A DNA stretch of 64,000 nt from Amphiscolops sp. MND2022 (taxonomy: Eukaryota). The stretch covers positions 23,560,001-23,624,000 of the forward strand of contig OZ076419.1 in assembly GCA_964187785.1 (NCBI GenBank). The letters run 5' to 3'. The notes under the pieces are model-generated. The model saw nothing but the letters and a program-made list of their open reading frames with translations, had not been told where the DNA came from and searched no databases. Made by a program: the position numbers and the translations under genes. Positions 1 through 12,130 of this stretch are shown one piece after another (position 1 is the first letter of the stretch; each line of letters begins with the position of its first letter).

Positions 1-465
1 ACTACTTACTATACATACATGTATGATTAGTACTACTTTGTAGATTGTTGTGCTGTGTTGTGTTTATAGCGTTGCCCCATTGGAGGACGACTATGCTCCC
101 ACCGATGAGGTAACAACAAATACAAATAAACAATCAAATACAAATACAAAATACAAATCTATTTCCCATTTGGCTCTTTTGACACTACCCTTAGGTTTTT
201 GCTCATTTCTCCGGAGGCAGTTTTAACAATTTTGCAATACGACGAATATTGGGTTGATGATTAGAACTGAAAAAGGTGATTTTAGTGTCCTTGATCATAT
301 AACAAGATTCTTATTTCTAATGCACCAAGAGCCAGCATCGTCAATTGAACACTTAGAAATGATATTTTTAAAATAATGGTGATAAAATTTCGTTTTCGAA
401 ACGCACGACTTTTTGGAGTTTTAAGTAGTCACTAGTCCCGTCACGTAGAATTTCAGCTATCAAAA

Positions 466-592
466 GGATCTTTTCTGCTAATCCCCCCAGCAGGGAGAAG
501 TTTAATCGGGCAATCGATTTATGTTGCTGTTAGAGTGTAAAAAAATATTGAAATCTGATTGGTTGTTACTAGGGGATTAACAAAAAAGATCT
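466..592. mobile_element. Short MITE-like element, same family as 15034-15242
   Basis: Imperfect TIRs GGATCTTTTCTGCTAATCCCC (466) and GGGGATTAACAAAAAAGATC (to about 591). Internal AAATCTGATTGGTTGTTA matches the reverse complement of the 15119 region. No TSD seen. Confidence 0.5.
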
Positions 593-3500
593 AAAGTTAA
601 TGTCGGGGATGTAATTTTTTGGATGTTTGCCGAGAAGAAAAGAAAGAGCCAAACCTTATGACGCTTGGATCACGTGATCACCCCCTTTCTATAGCTATTT
701 TCCCTTTCCTGATCACTCCTTTTCCCTCTGCATATTTCACGTGTTCTATTTGATGCACTTTTCTTAGTTTTTCCCTCCTGAAGACAAACAAGGAAACTTT
801 TGTTCATACTTTGTGCATGTGTGCTTGCTTGTTTTATTTGCAGTTTGTTCCGTTTGAATTTGTAGCATTTATGAATTGAATTTGGGACGCACTGATAGGC
901 TAATTAACAAAAGTTTGGTAACTGGCTGTTCTAGCTCTAGAAAGTAAACTGGGGAAAACTTGAAATGAAATCAAGTTAGAAAAATATTCCCAGTTCACAG
1001 AGATCTTTTGTTGTCTTCATGTTTTATTTGTGATACTTTTTAAAGCGTAAGATGATTAAACTTTTCAGTATTCTTCCCGTTTACGATAAACAAGAAACTA
1101 AAAACGTACTGTTCTTTCCACTACAGTCTCTAGTCTATAGGAAGAACAAGTCTCAAATGATTCCGAATTTATTAACAGAATGCAAAACCAGAAGCATGTA
1201 ATAGAAACATTCACGAACAACTTGGACCCATGTCAATGATCCAAAGTGAAACGAAGTTTGAAGTTATCCCCTTAACAAGCCAAGAACAGCTCGAAGTCGG
1301 CGCGAAAAACTGGACACCAGTTAGGTTTGAACCCCATCCTCCTGCTTGGGAAGCCAATGATCCAGTCACTAGGCTAACTTCCATATAAATTTCATGAATT
1401 TATTATCGGCTGGCATATCCGTTTCGTCGTATTCCTGTATGTCCTTAAGAAACAAAGTGACTGTAGTAGTCTGGCCTTTTTAGTTAACTAAAAGTGTCGA
1501 CTGAAAACTAGCTCAGTATTAACCATTCATGAACTGCAATGTGAACAAAGTGCCACTCTGGTTGTTGCTTGAATGACGCCATTTTAGACCGGTGTCACTT
1601 TGAAACTTCGCAGCAATAAAACTGCCGTAACGGTTGGTTAATGGTCGTTCCACCGGTGGTTGAGAAAAATGCTCCCATTTCAAGGATCTTGCTAGAATCT
1701 TTCAAAATCTTGTAAGGGTTTGCATTTCCTCGGATTGCTCGGAAAAATTCATGCATGATCCTCTCAAGCAATGTCTTTTTGGCCAAGACCTTGCAGGGAT
1801 TATTTTTCTAAAAAAAGGTTCTTGCAAGATTTTTCAAGAAATGTATGAACAGCAAAGATCTGGCAAAGTCTTCGCAAGTATTGCATTTTTTATACAAGGA
1901 AGGTTATGATGACAGTTTGAGGATAGAGGAGAGCGTTTTAAGTCTCGGGCCAATCAAACAAATGTGTCGTAGCAACTTGCGAACGTGATATCATTTGTAC
2001 TATGCAATCATTTGTGCTATCATGTGTGAAAAGTTTCTAGGAGTCTAATTTTTTTCAAGGGAGAGAGAAAACAATAAATTGTAAACAGCGAAACTGTGGA
2101 AAAAGGACAGGGTTGGAACCAAGCAGGTGATTAAATGATTCCGGGCCAGGCCGGCGGCCTTACAGCCGGGCTTTTTCGAGCCTAAATTTTTTTCGGGCCA
2201 GGTAAAATAATTCGGAAAATAAATTGAAAATTTATACATTAAACTGGGCGAGATTTTAGTCAAGCGGGTCTTATTCGCACAGCTCGTAGAGCCCAGATGT
2301 CTGCCAAAGAACTGTCTGATGTTTTATTTTTGAATTCTGTTGTACAAAATGGGATTTTTGAATTCTCATGATGCTTATACCTGGTTATCATTTACAATTT
2401 ACTTTCGGGTATCAAATTCGTTTTCAGTCAGTTTAGTCGGGTATTAAAAATGTTCAAAAATATTGGGTCGTGTTAGGATTTCTGCAACAGGCTCGGGCAG
2501 GGCTTCGGGTAGAAAATCATGACCCAGTTTCAACTCTGAATGAGGAATATGCGAAAGGGGATCCTTTGGACACAAAAATGGTTTTCCTAACTGATAAAAG
2601 CGGAAAAAACTAAAGGAGAGATTTTTTGGCATCTTTTATTATGCATTGATCTTGTGTGTGAAGCCTGTAAAAACTGATCTTACGATGTGAAGCCGGTGGT
2701 TTGGAGAAAGTCATCATTGTGATTGGGCGGATTTTCTTATAAAATATGCTGACTTAAAACACCCTTAAAAAGGTAACTTCAGCAGTATTGAGGAATCTTC
2801 ACATATTTTTAATAGAATTGTGATCTTTTTTGGAGTTCACATTTTCAAGGGATTCTAAAGTTGCAAATCATTTTCGGATTTCGCTGAGGAAACTCTTTAC
2901 CTAATAAAGCCACTCAGAGCATTTTTTAGTCAAAGTTGATCCCTGTAGTTATTTGGTTCCCAAGTTTGACTGTCCAAACAAATCGGAAGGATTGCATGTG
3001 AAATTTGATACAATGTAGAGACATCTTTTTGAATTATGTTTGATCAGTTGGGAAATTCGAGTCGTTGTTAAACGAGTTCAAGTTGTTTCTTCTATGTTTC
3101 AGTGTTGATCGAACAGCCATTGAGTATGAGGAAGAGTACAGTCTTAGGTAAGAGCTAGCATCACTTAGACTACTTCGGAAAAAATATACCCTCCCATTAT
3201 GCCATGTAAAACATAGATGGGAAATAAGCAAAAATTTGAAGCTTGACTAGTTTTCTGAGCTTGAAAAAATGTTTCAAAGCGTGACTCAATCATGATCAAA
3301 TCAAATCGCTCATCACTTCGTAAAAAACGTGTATGACGTTAAAACAAAAGTCGTGACCAAACAGAAGTTGAACTTTTGAACACGGAGCTAGATTTCAAAA
3401 ACCAGCTAAAATTGTGGACTACCCGAACCACCATTTGATTTGGTCTAACTTTTTTATCGGTGTTTTAATCTAATAACTTTAGATTGTCCGCTCTTTTTCT

Positions 3501-3627
3501 CAAAAAGTTCCTTCACAGTACCTGTAATTTTTATATATAGCAGAAGGATATGTTTTACAAATTCACGACCAAAAAATCCAACAATAGCCAACTCCGACCC
3601 CCTTGTATAACTCCTACTTTTTTGCAG

Positions 3628-3859
3628 AAACAACAACAGAAATTTAGTTCAGCATCAATCCTCCCTCCCCTCTCAACCCTCTCAGACTCCCCCTGCGATG
3701 GGCACTGCAGTGACGTCATTCCCCAACAACAGAAACTCCGCCCCCCAACACAGATCCTCGCGTCTGTCCAGTGAGAGCGGCAACAGCCACATGAACAATC
3801 AGCAGTACTCCACTGCGCCTCCTATGAACAACGGCAGTGACGCCCATCAACACTCACAG
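3628..3859 (+). CDS. Putative internal exon of a host gene encoding a low-complexity N/Q/S/P-rich region
   Basis: Pyrimidine tract plus AG at 3626-27 (CTACTTTTTTGCAG) and GT at 3860. The frame is open throughout (NNNRNLVQHQSSLPSQPSQTPPAMGTAV...DAHQHSQ). Locally higher GC. Ends in phase 0. Confidence 0.45.
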
Positions 3860-3885
3860 GTGTTGTATTCTAAAAGCTAAGTTAA

Positions 3886-4135
3886 AACAAGACGGGAACG
3901 TCTAAAGTCGGCGTTATATCTAAGGCTCATAAAGCGCAGATTTGAAATATGCGTAGGATGTTTTTATGAAGAACTCCTGTTTTCGGACCTCCCCCTCCTC
4001 CTTACAAAAACGCAACATAGTTCGGATATAACGTCAAAAGTTCGGAAATAGGGCTTAAATTCGGATATTACGAGGGTTGACTTCAATAAAATCGAATAGG
4101 GACCCCATGAAGACGAGGAAAATTTTGAAAAAATT
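3886..4135 (-). repeat. Dispersed non-autonomous repeat family; terminus GCGCCGACTTTTAGACGTTCCCGTCTTGTT in reverse orientation
   Basis: AACAAGACGGGAACGTCTAAAGTCGGCGTTATATCTAAGGCTCA at 3886 matches the termini at about 10160-10197, 21250-21295 and 57245-57289. Internal part resembles 37120-37240. Confidence 0.65.
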
Positions 4136-4689
4136 TCACGAAAAAGATTGAAAGGAAAAAAAGTTTATTTGATTGGGATCATTACACAAAAAAACAAATA
4201 CATATGACTTGAAACGAAAGAAACCAATCAGGACAGGAAAAGAGCCTATTGGCTCGTCAAAGTTTTTGCCCTGAAGAACCAAACTCGGAAAAATTTTTTG
4301 AAATGATGTTTCACAACTATTACCGCTCTCAAGAACTTTGCTTACGTTAAGCACTACTACCGAAAAACTTCATTATCAGCATAATTCCTTTTCAAAGTAA
4401 TATGCAAAGAGATGCTTGTTGTCGACTACATAGTTCGCGGTTATATTTGTGATGAGCTTTTTAACTTGCTAGGTCCTCAAATCTATAAGAATCAATTCTG
4501 CTTCCATTAACCAATTATAAGTTAAGCGAAGGAAATTTTCTAAGGATCTCCTCTTTAGATCAGTCCGACTGTATTGCACCGGCATCAATTTTTCATATCC
4601 CATCGAGTTGTATATGTTCCATCGAGTTGTTAAGGGGGATCCTTTAGCTCATCCGGTTTTGTATGTTACGCTTAAAAAGTAAAAACTGA

Positions 4690-4830
4690 AAGAGGAACCC
4701 TTTGCGATAATTTAGATGCGTTTCCCAGGTATTCGTTTAGTTGAACAAACTGAACAAAAAGTTTGTCGATTCGAGTCTGGCTTGAAGAAAAGAAACAAGT
4801 GACTGTGATAGCCGGGCTCTTTTATCATAT
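4690..4830. repeat. Internal module of the same dispersed repeat family
   Basis: TTAGATGCGTTTC..TATTCGTTTA.TTGAACAAACTGAACAAAA recurs nearly verbatim at 37310-37360. Confidence 0.6.
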
Positions 4831-5210
4831 GTAAAATAGGAGATTCATATCACGACTATACAGTATCAAAACTGAACTTCTAATGAACATAAGATTTAGT
4901 TTCTTTTCAAGTTTGTTTACCAACAACTTGCTAGAAAGCTAGACCGGAACTTGGTAGAGGTTAAGACGGATGAACCGTGTAACAACAGGTACTAAATAAT
5001 GTTGAGAAACTTTAGTTTAAAGCGCACGAAAATATAGGCGGGAAAAAGAATTGAGTTAGGGGTTCAAAAGTTCATCATTTGAGTTTCATTTTTGCAACGC
5101 TTTGTATCAAAACTACGTGTCAAACGTACCATAACGTATACATGACGACACAATGAACAGCAAAAATAGGAATATAGGAAAATGATGAGTAACATATATA
5201 GCTTTGATTC

Positions 5211-5424
5211 CAGAAGTACAAAAATAACACCACAATTTTGACTTTTTTCGACCCGAGTTCGTTTGAATACTTGTGGAACATTTCTAGAAAAATTTGGGAT
5301 ATTCTTTCTATTGTGATAGCTAGAATATCCCATTTTATCTGGGATAGTAATGTTCCACAAGTATTGAAACGAACTCCGGTAGAAGAAAAACATTCAAAAT
5401 TACTATGTCATTTTTGTACTTCTG
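5211..5424. repeat. Foldback or palindromic MITE-like element of about 214 bp
   Basis: Nested inverted arms: CAGAAGTACAAAAA/TTTTTGTACTTCTG, GAGTTCGTTTGAATACTTGTGGAACATT/AATGTTCCACAAGTATTGAAACGAACTC (1 mismatch), TGGGATATTCT/AGAATATCCCA. Confidence 0.75.
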
Positions 5425-5534
5425 ATGGTCTTACTCACTGAATAACGAGTAACATATGGTAGCTTTGATTCCATAATATTCTAGAATTCTCTAAAACATT
5501 CATACGATTGATGACAAGGACATTTTGTTTCTAG

Positions 5535-5700
5535 GGAGACAACCAACCAATTTACCCGTCCCCAGCTGCAGTATCCCCCATGGCCCCTCCCCCCTCGGGT
5601 TATCAACCAATCAGAGTGGCTCCTGACAACAGCCTCAAGAAGCATGGCACCAACTACTGCTAGAATGAACCCCCCCTTCTTTCGAATCATCCTTCCGATC
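5535..5700 (+). CDS. Putative next exon of the proline-rich host gene (end uncertain)
   Basis: Acceptor TTTTGTTTCTAG at 5534. The phase-0 start GDNQPIYPSQLQYP.. joins exon 3628-3859 in frame. A possible frameshift in a C-run would give ..YPPMAPPPSGYQP.. Confidence 0.35.
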
Positions 5701-8700
5701 AGGCTATACCGATCCACTCGAGAACTCGAAAAAGCAGTTGATAAAACATTTTTTTTACTTCTAAAACAGAAACTTTCTTTACTGAATGTTGATTAGGGTC
5801 AAATGAGAGAGAATCAAACACCAAAAAGCCTCAAAAGGTCTATTTTTTCTGCAGTGATCTGATACATGAATAATTCATACATGTTTGCCGGAGTCGAATA
5901 AAGAAGCATGACGTCGCATCTTCGTATTTTTTGTCTGAGTTCTTTCTAGGGTGAACAATTGATCATAACTGACGTAGCTATGTATTTGGAGTCTATAAGA
6001 CTGCCTGCAGATAAAAAATTGCAAAATACAAATTGTTTCCGATAAAAATCATGGAAAAGCAATTTCAGCTGCAAACTACAGCGATGATTCTTTTGAACAT
6101 CCTTTCTTTTCTTGGCATCCATGATTCATGAAGGATCCTGTCATGAGGCTTTTTTGAACAGATCTTTCAACACAGATGTTCTTTCATTGTGGTTTCTGCT
6201 AGTTTTGTTTATGCAAAAGCAACTTGTGCAGTTTTTGGAACATGTTTAGGGTTAATTTATTAAGTATGAGTAAACGACCTCTTTTGTGCATTTTCATTTG
6301 ATCATGTTGGTTTTTACCGCCAAAAGTGTTTTTGGTTCATCAAAGCATGAAATGTTTCAGAAAGTTGATTGATGATCCGGATATCTTTATTCATGGTTGT
6401 TGTAGTGTATTTTTGTTGCTATTAATATTTTTGTAAATTGAAGTATTACAATTTTTATTCTAATTTTGTATTTATTAATGACAATACTTTGGAATATTTG
6501 ATATTTCATTTCATGTCATGTCTGGCATGTTCCATGATAGCGTCGCTTGTTTATGGATCAATTTCATTTATTCAAGACGATACGATACTTTTACTGTTTG
6601 CAATTCAAATATATTTGACTCTATCTTTTTTCGAATATCTGGGTTGCCATGTCAGATACCTCTGGATCAGAGGCCAGAGCTGAGAAAAACCGTGACAAGA
6701 TCTTGAAACAAAATATCTGGCTCCAAGCTAAGATTCCTCTCGGTTCCAGGCTAATAAACCCCTGGCCTCAAGTCTGGATCCAGAGAAATCATGAGAATGG
6801 CATAAAATGAAAGGGGGACTTTTTACACCCCCGTGTCCTCTTTAGATTTTACGCTCAAAGTATATTTTCCATAGCCATGTTGACCAGATTGAAAAAAATG
6901 ACAAAAAGGTACTACAATAGTGATGTTTTTTGTCTCACAGTCTTTCTTTTTTGTCGTCTGATCTTTCTCAGCTTAAAAATCACATTTTTAAGGAAACTAT
7001 TTGTCAAAAATGGTAAAAAAAAGTGATCAGACGAGTTTTAGACGGTTCTTCCTTCAAATGTTTTCACCATCGAATTTTAACTAAAACTACTGGCCAATCT
7101 GAAGTGGTTTTTGCTGGGCTGAGGGTTACCGCGAATGTGTCTGGTGTGAATGGGCTGAGAAGCAGGAGTACGTGGGTTCAAGTCCTGGAACAATTACTTT
7201 CTCTGTTTGAGAGACCAAAGGATACCTTTTTGTCAAGCAGCCGTTTTTTGCAGAAAATTTTCATTCCATTTTTTGAACACAGTTAGTTTGAGATCAAAAG
7301 TGGATTAAGAAGTGCCCAAGAACCCCCGTTTGATTTTATTACATTTTATCAAGATATGTTAGACCGAAGGACCCCCTTCGATTTATTATTTCAAAATTGC
7401 AGCCAATTCAAAAAACTGAAACTGAAAATTTGGTCCCCAAACATCTCTTTTGGCACTGCGCAATATTTCGCGGACAAAATTGACCTAGTTTTTGCATAGA
7501 ACTAGTCCGAGATGTAAAATACATTCAGTAGCGCCAATAGATTCTCATTTCGAATTTTAAAAACAATTTTTAGTGATTGCGAGTGATTGCGGGACCCCCC
7601 ACGTGCTGTTTTTCATCACTGTAACTTTCCGGGAGATTTTTTGTGCAGATAATAGGTTTTGGTGTTCCTATAAAAATCTCATTGTTTTTGCCCGTAGCCC
7701 AGAACTTAGACGAAACTATGTTCATTTCGTTTCTGGACCGTCAGATTAGTAAAAGCAGCTGAAAAGGCTGACTATAGCATGTTTAGTTACGGCTCATTTG
7801 GTTAACTCGGTGTTTTCTTATTAGGCGGTACTTTTCACCAATGAAATATAAAGTAGAATTGACGTCAGCAATAAAATTGATCGTACTGGTTAAGAGAGAA
7901 TCAATTGCTTCGAGCGAGTTTTACTAGGTTTTCTTTTATGCGAAAAAAAATCTGAGGTAAAGAGTGCCATCCCCCTTTTTGAGAAGAACTTTTCCGATCA
8001 AGCTGAAAATTGGCATGCATATACTAGAGGTGTTAACTAAACTTTCGACTCGATGCACCCGACATCGGACTTACCCCAGTACCAAGCTACTTGCACCGGA
8101 AGTGACGTAGGTCAACTTTACGAAACGTCAGCGAAGCATAGAATAATAAGTCATATATTGTATGGATTTGATATCCCATAGGATATTCAGCCATTTTTGC
8201 GGATGTTTTCGGAGCCCTAAGAGACGCGTAGGAGGAGCACGGAACCTATGTAAACAAACCCACAATGTTATGTGAATCCTCACCAGATGACCTAAGGATC
8301 ATGAAACTTGTCAAAGATGTCTACCTACCAATCTAAGTAAAATACTTGAAAGATACATTAATCAGCCCAGGGCGCGCAGAGTGTTGTTTGTTTTTGGCAC
8401 GCGGGACCGGACGCGCGGACCCGACTGATAAAAGACATTTGACCTTGGCTTGTAATACCTCTAACGAACCACAATACCGAGTGTAGTCGACTACTAACGT
8501 GAATGAAGCAGTATTGTAACCTATGTGGGGGAACCTGACTAACGTAAACAAACGATACACACATCATGTATCTCGGGAGCTATTGACCCTAGAACCATAT
8601 AACTTGTAGCAACTTTAGATGCTTACGAATAACTTCAAAGTCACCGGCGGGCCTCAAGGTTGTCTTCGGGATGACACATGAATACATGAAAAAACCTATT

Positions 8701-9825
8701 TTAAAACATGTAAACCAACTACTTCGCGCGTTAATTTATGCATTCCAGTCAGGCAAGAAAATTCGTAATGCACCATTTTTAGAATGTGGGAAAGTACCCC
8801 TCATCTGTAGAAACCATGTAAACCATGTACTTGAAGCGGATTGAGCAATCCTCTCGACATTAAAAATATCTTAGGCGACTTGATTTTTTTTTAAATGTGG
8901 ACCTCGGACAAGATGTTGAGTTCTTTGTCGTTGGCGGCTACGAACGCTTAAATGAAGTATACTTAGATGCGACTGCTATACCATAAACGGAAAAGTTAAC
9001 ATGAAGGTAGAACCGACACCTTATTGTAATACCGACACACCGTATGTAATGTAAATTTCAAGTATGATAGAATGTTAACATGAAACCACACGAAACACAT
9101 GCGATGAGTGAACACAATTGAGGCGGAATTGAAATGTACTGGAAAAGATACAACCGAAATAGAGAGCTTCAAGCAACTCGAGACGGGGGTATAAAACTTG
9201 GCTTAGCGAAAAGAACTCATTCATCGCTAACATAATGAGCTAGAGAATGAGTTTCCACAAGTCGAGAACTTGTGCTTTCCGCTTCTACTAAGTTGGCTGA
9301 ATGGCAAAGAATTGTTGTTTAGTGATTATTCCTAAAGAACCATATTTGACTTTCTTAATATAAAGTAATTCGATTTTTACTCAACTTTCATTGTCATTTC
9401 ATCAGAGCCGAACAACTTGAACAACGGGAGAGATTTTGAGTACACGATAGAAAGAGCCGAAATTACTCACCAAAATCCGGTTTTTTCTGATAGAGTTAGA
9501 TCATTGGGAATCTCTGTCCGCCCTTTCAATCTAAGTTCTAAGTTTCCTACATTTTCCATTATAGTTTTGAACAAAGCTTTGTATCTAAAGTGTTTCCAGT
9601 AGTGTCGAAAGATCGCCCTTTAGTTTGTTCCACCGTTCAAACGAAGTCAAAAAAATGAACGGTACCAAAATTTCCCCTTCAACTAGTTTTCAAGTCGGCG
9701 CTTTTCGTAGAAAACGCAGACTATAGCAGTGACTTTTTTAATGACCAACGAACTGACAGATTCTATAAGCATTATAAGCTGACTTGCACTAACACTAAAC
9801 TCTGCCACACGACTTCTACTGGCAC

Positions 9826-9900
9826 TTGGCATAGAAGTTTATTAGCGTTTTTTGAGGTCTGCGAAGCAGAAGGACGTGAGTTCGAGTCCCGCCCTTGACC
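9826..9900 (+). repeat. tRNA-derived SINE-like head (not an intact tRNA)
   Basis: A-box-like TGGCATAGAAG, anticodon-arm-like CTGCGAA and B-box GAGTTCGAGTCCC. Lies within the dispersed repeat 9690-10197. No complete acceptor stem. Confidence 0.4.
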
Positions 9901-10371
9901 AAAAATTTTTTGTGCAAGTATTTTCGGCTTTCTGATACTTTTTTGCAAATTGTATTCAATTTGCAAAAGAATGGTTGTTCAAAATCTCCCAAAGGGCCCC
10001 CCTTTTACATTTCTTGGCACTATGTGACTTACCGGAGACCAAAAAAAGTCTCGACAGAAGTTTCGAATTAAAGTCGGAAATTTTTTCAATTTTTTCCTAA
10101 TGCAGGTACTGTAGAAGAGAATACTTGACACTTTGAATTCCTTTTGCTATTTTTGAACCTTAGATATGGCGCCGACTTGGGCCGTTCCCGGCTTGTTTCA
10201 GTTTAGTTTGATTAGTTTAGTTTGATTAGAAAAAGCTGACATGCTAAAATCTTCCTCGTTCAACATTATTACAATTTCAACAATTTCAGAAGAAGTTTGA
10301 TACCTTTTTTGAACATAACGATTTCTTCGACAGAAAATGAACTATACCCGAATTGTTTTTCTGATTTTATC

Positions 10372-10749
10372 TGTTACGACTATTGTTCGCTGTTGTTTTA
10401 GAACTAGTCGCAGTGTATGTTTTCACGGGTGTGGACGTTCTCGCTACAGAGATGTTGTCTGGATCAGAGTCAGAATCTTGGACATTCAAACAAACAGGCT
10501 GTTTTTTATTCAAAGGTGCTATAATTTTAGCATTTCCTTTTGATTCTCAGCGAGTATTTTTGTCAAATCTGACATGATTTCTTTTCTCAAAGATGTTTTT
10601 TATTTCTTCTAGATTCTCAGGTTCTACCCTAGGGACTTTACTAGGCCCAGCTATAAGATTCTCAGACGGAGTTTTTCGGCAATAGAAGCTTCAAAGTCTC
10701 CAGAAACTAGCTTATCTACAGCTCTCTTCTTTTGACTTCTAGTTGTCAT
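10372..10749 (-). pseudogene. gag: LTR-encoded gag N-terminus, frameshifted (MTTRSQKKRAVDKLVSGDFEASIAEN..)
   Basis: ATG at 10749. Homologous to the LTR-embedded ORFs at 25909-26259 (MSTTRCQKRR..) and about 57807 (MTTRNQKRK..). Confidence 0.65.
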
Positions 10750-10882
10750 TTTTCAATTAGAAAAGTAGGGTCTTCGCAAAAGGTGAATTCTTCGAAGAAG
10801 TTTTTGTTTAACGTTGAAACAACGGAACATTTTAAGATTATTACAACTCGCAAAGTCAACTAACTGAATATACATGTTTTTT

Positions 10883-10885
<3 letters not shown>

Positions 10886-10945
<60 letters not shown>

Positions 10946-10957
10946 TATATATATATA
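10886..10957. repeat. Compound (TA)n(CA)n(TA)n microsatellite inside the solo LTR
   Basis: Direct reading of the sequence. Confidence 0.95.
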
Positions 10958-12018
10958 CCTTCCTAGCATCAACTGTTCCTCACCTATCACAAAAATCAAG
11001 TTTGTTCATCAAAAAAGCGCTTCTGCTTCAAATAATTTCAGTCCCTCGTCATAAAATCAGGTATCGAAGTTCCTAGTTGCGTTGTTATTCCGTAAACTTT
11101 GTTGAAATCATTTTTGTTCAGGTACTTCCATTTCCTGTTTGCTCTTCAAAATTGTGGCAAAATAAGAGTCTAGTTAACAATTTCATCAGCGTATGCACGC
11201 CGGCGTGATCAATTAGTCAATTTCCTACTTAGGAAGTTGAGATTCGAAGCAATAGAATGACTTGCAAAAAATGTGACGGAATTGAAACCGAGCAAAGAAA
11301 ATCCGAGAACATGAATATTTAAATATTGACGAGGATCACACGATGCTAGAAGGATAATGATAGTTGGCTAATAATTACACAGATTGAATAGATACATTTA
11401 CATCAAACTCAAATTTGGCCTATATGTGGCTTCATCAGAAAAAGTATGAAAAATACAAAACTCGAGGTCCAAATGAGTAGTACAAACTGTAGTAGGCAAC
11501 TAATTCAACACAACAAAATTTATTGCCAACGGAAAGTGTGCGTCGTCCCAGCACAAATCCAGATGAACAGAACATTGGTATTATTGCATGATTGCAATTG
11601 ACTGCATAACAAAATTAAGATTTCAAACGCACGCTTTCCATTACTAAGATGCTTGTTTGAGCAATGATTTAGAGGCAAAGGAAGGATAGCAGCTTGGGAC
11701 CTTGATAACCTTACGTTGCAACTTCGATGTCAATTCTAAATCATAGTTCTTGTGTATGATGTAATGTTTGATTGTAGCAATTTCAAAGTAGGTTATTCGC
11801 AACGTAAGGTTGACGTGACCTCAATAACTTTTTACCGAAAATACGCTTTAAGAAAAGGCTTTTTTTTATCAGAAAAGGCATTTTCATATTCTTCCTTACA
11901 GTACAGCTTTTCCTATAAAGAAGGTATCTCTAAAATCTCTTGAGTAAGTCAGTTCAAAAGGAACTTCGTTTGAAATTCGTTTGCAGCGATACTTCATAAT
12001 TGCGGTTTTACATTCCCT

Positions 12019-12130
12019 CCGTAGATGATCCGTACGTATTAAGATTAGTTACAGCTGAGCAGCGGAATACAAATTTACAATCCGTTCCGTAGATGCTCCG
12101 TACGTATTAAGATTAGTTATAGCTGAGCGG
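12019..12130. repeat. Two-copy tandem repeat (68-bp period) within the solo LTR
   Basis: CCGTAGATG.TCCGTACGTATTAAGATTAGTTA.AGCTGAGC at 12019 and 12087. Confidence 0.8.

Noticed and set aside
1380-1450. RNase H-like KGHTGIRRN string on the minus strand
   Set aside because: Short, bounded by stops and abutting a dispersed repeat; no other RT or RH motifs nearby.
8031-9245. Solo LTR (TGTTA..TAACA) or Helitron 3' end (hairpin plus CTAG)
   Set aside because: No TSD for the LTR model, and CTAG is not followed by T for the Helitron model. Probably a repeat, but unclassified.
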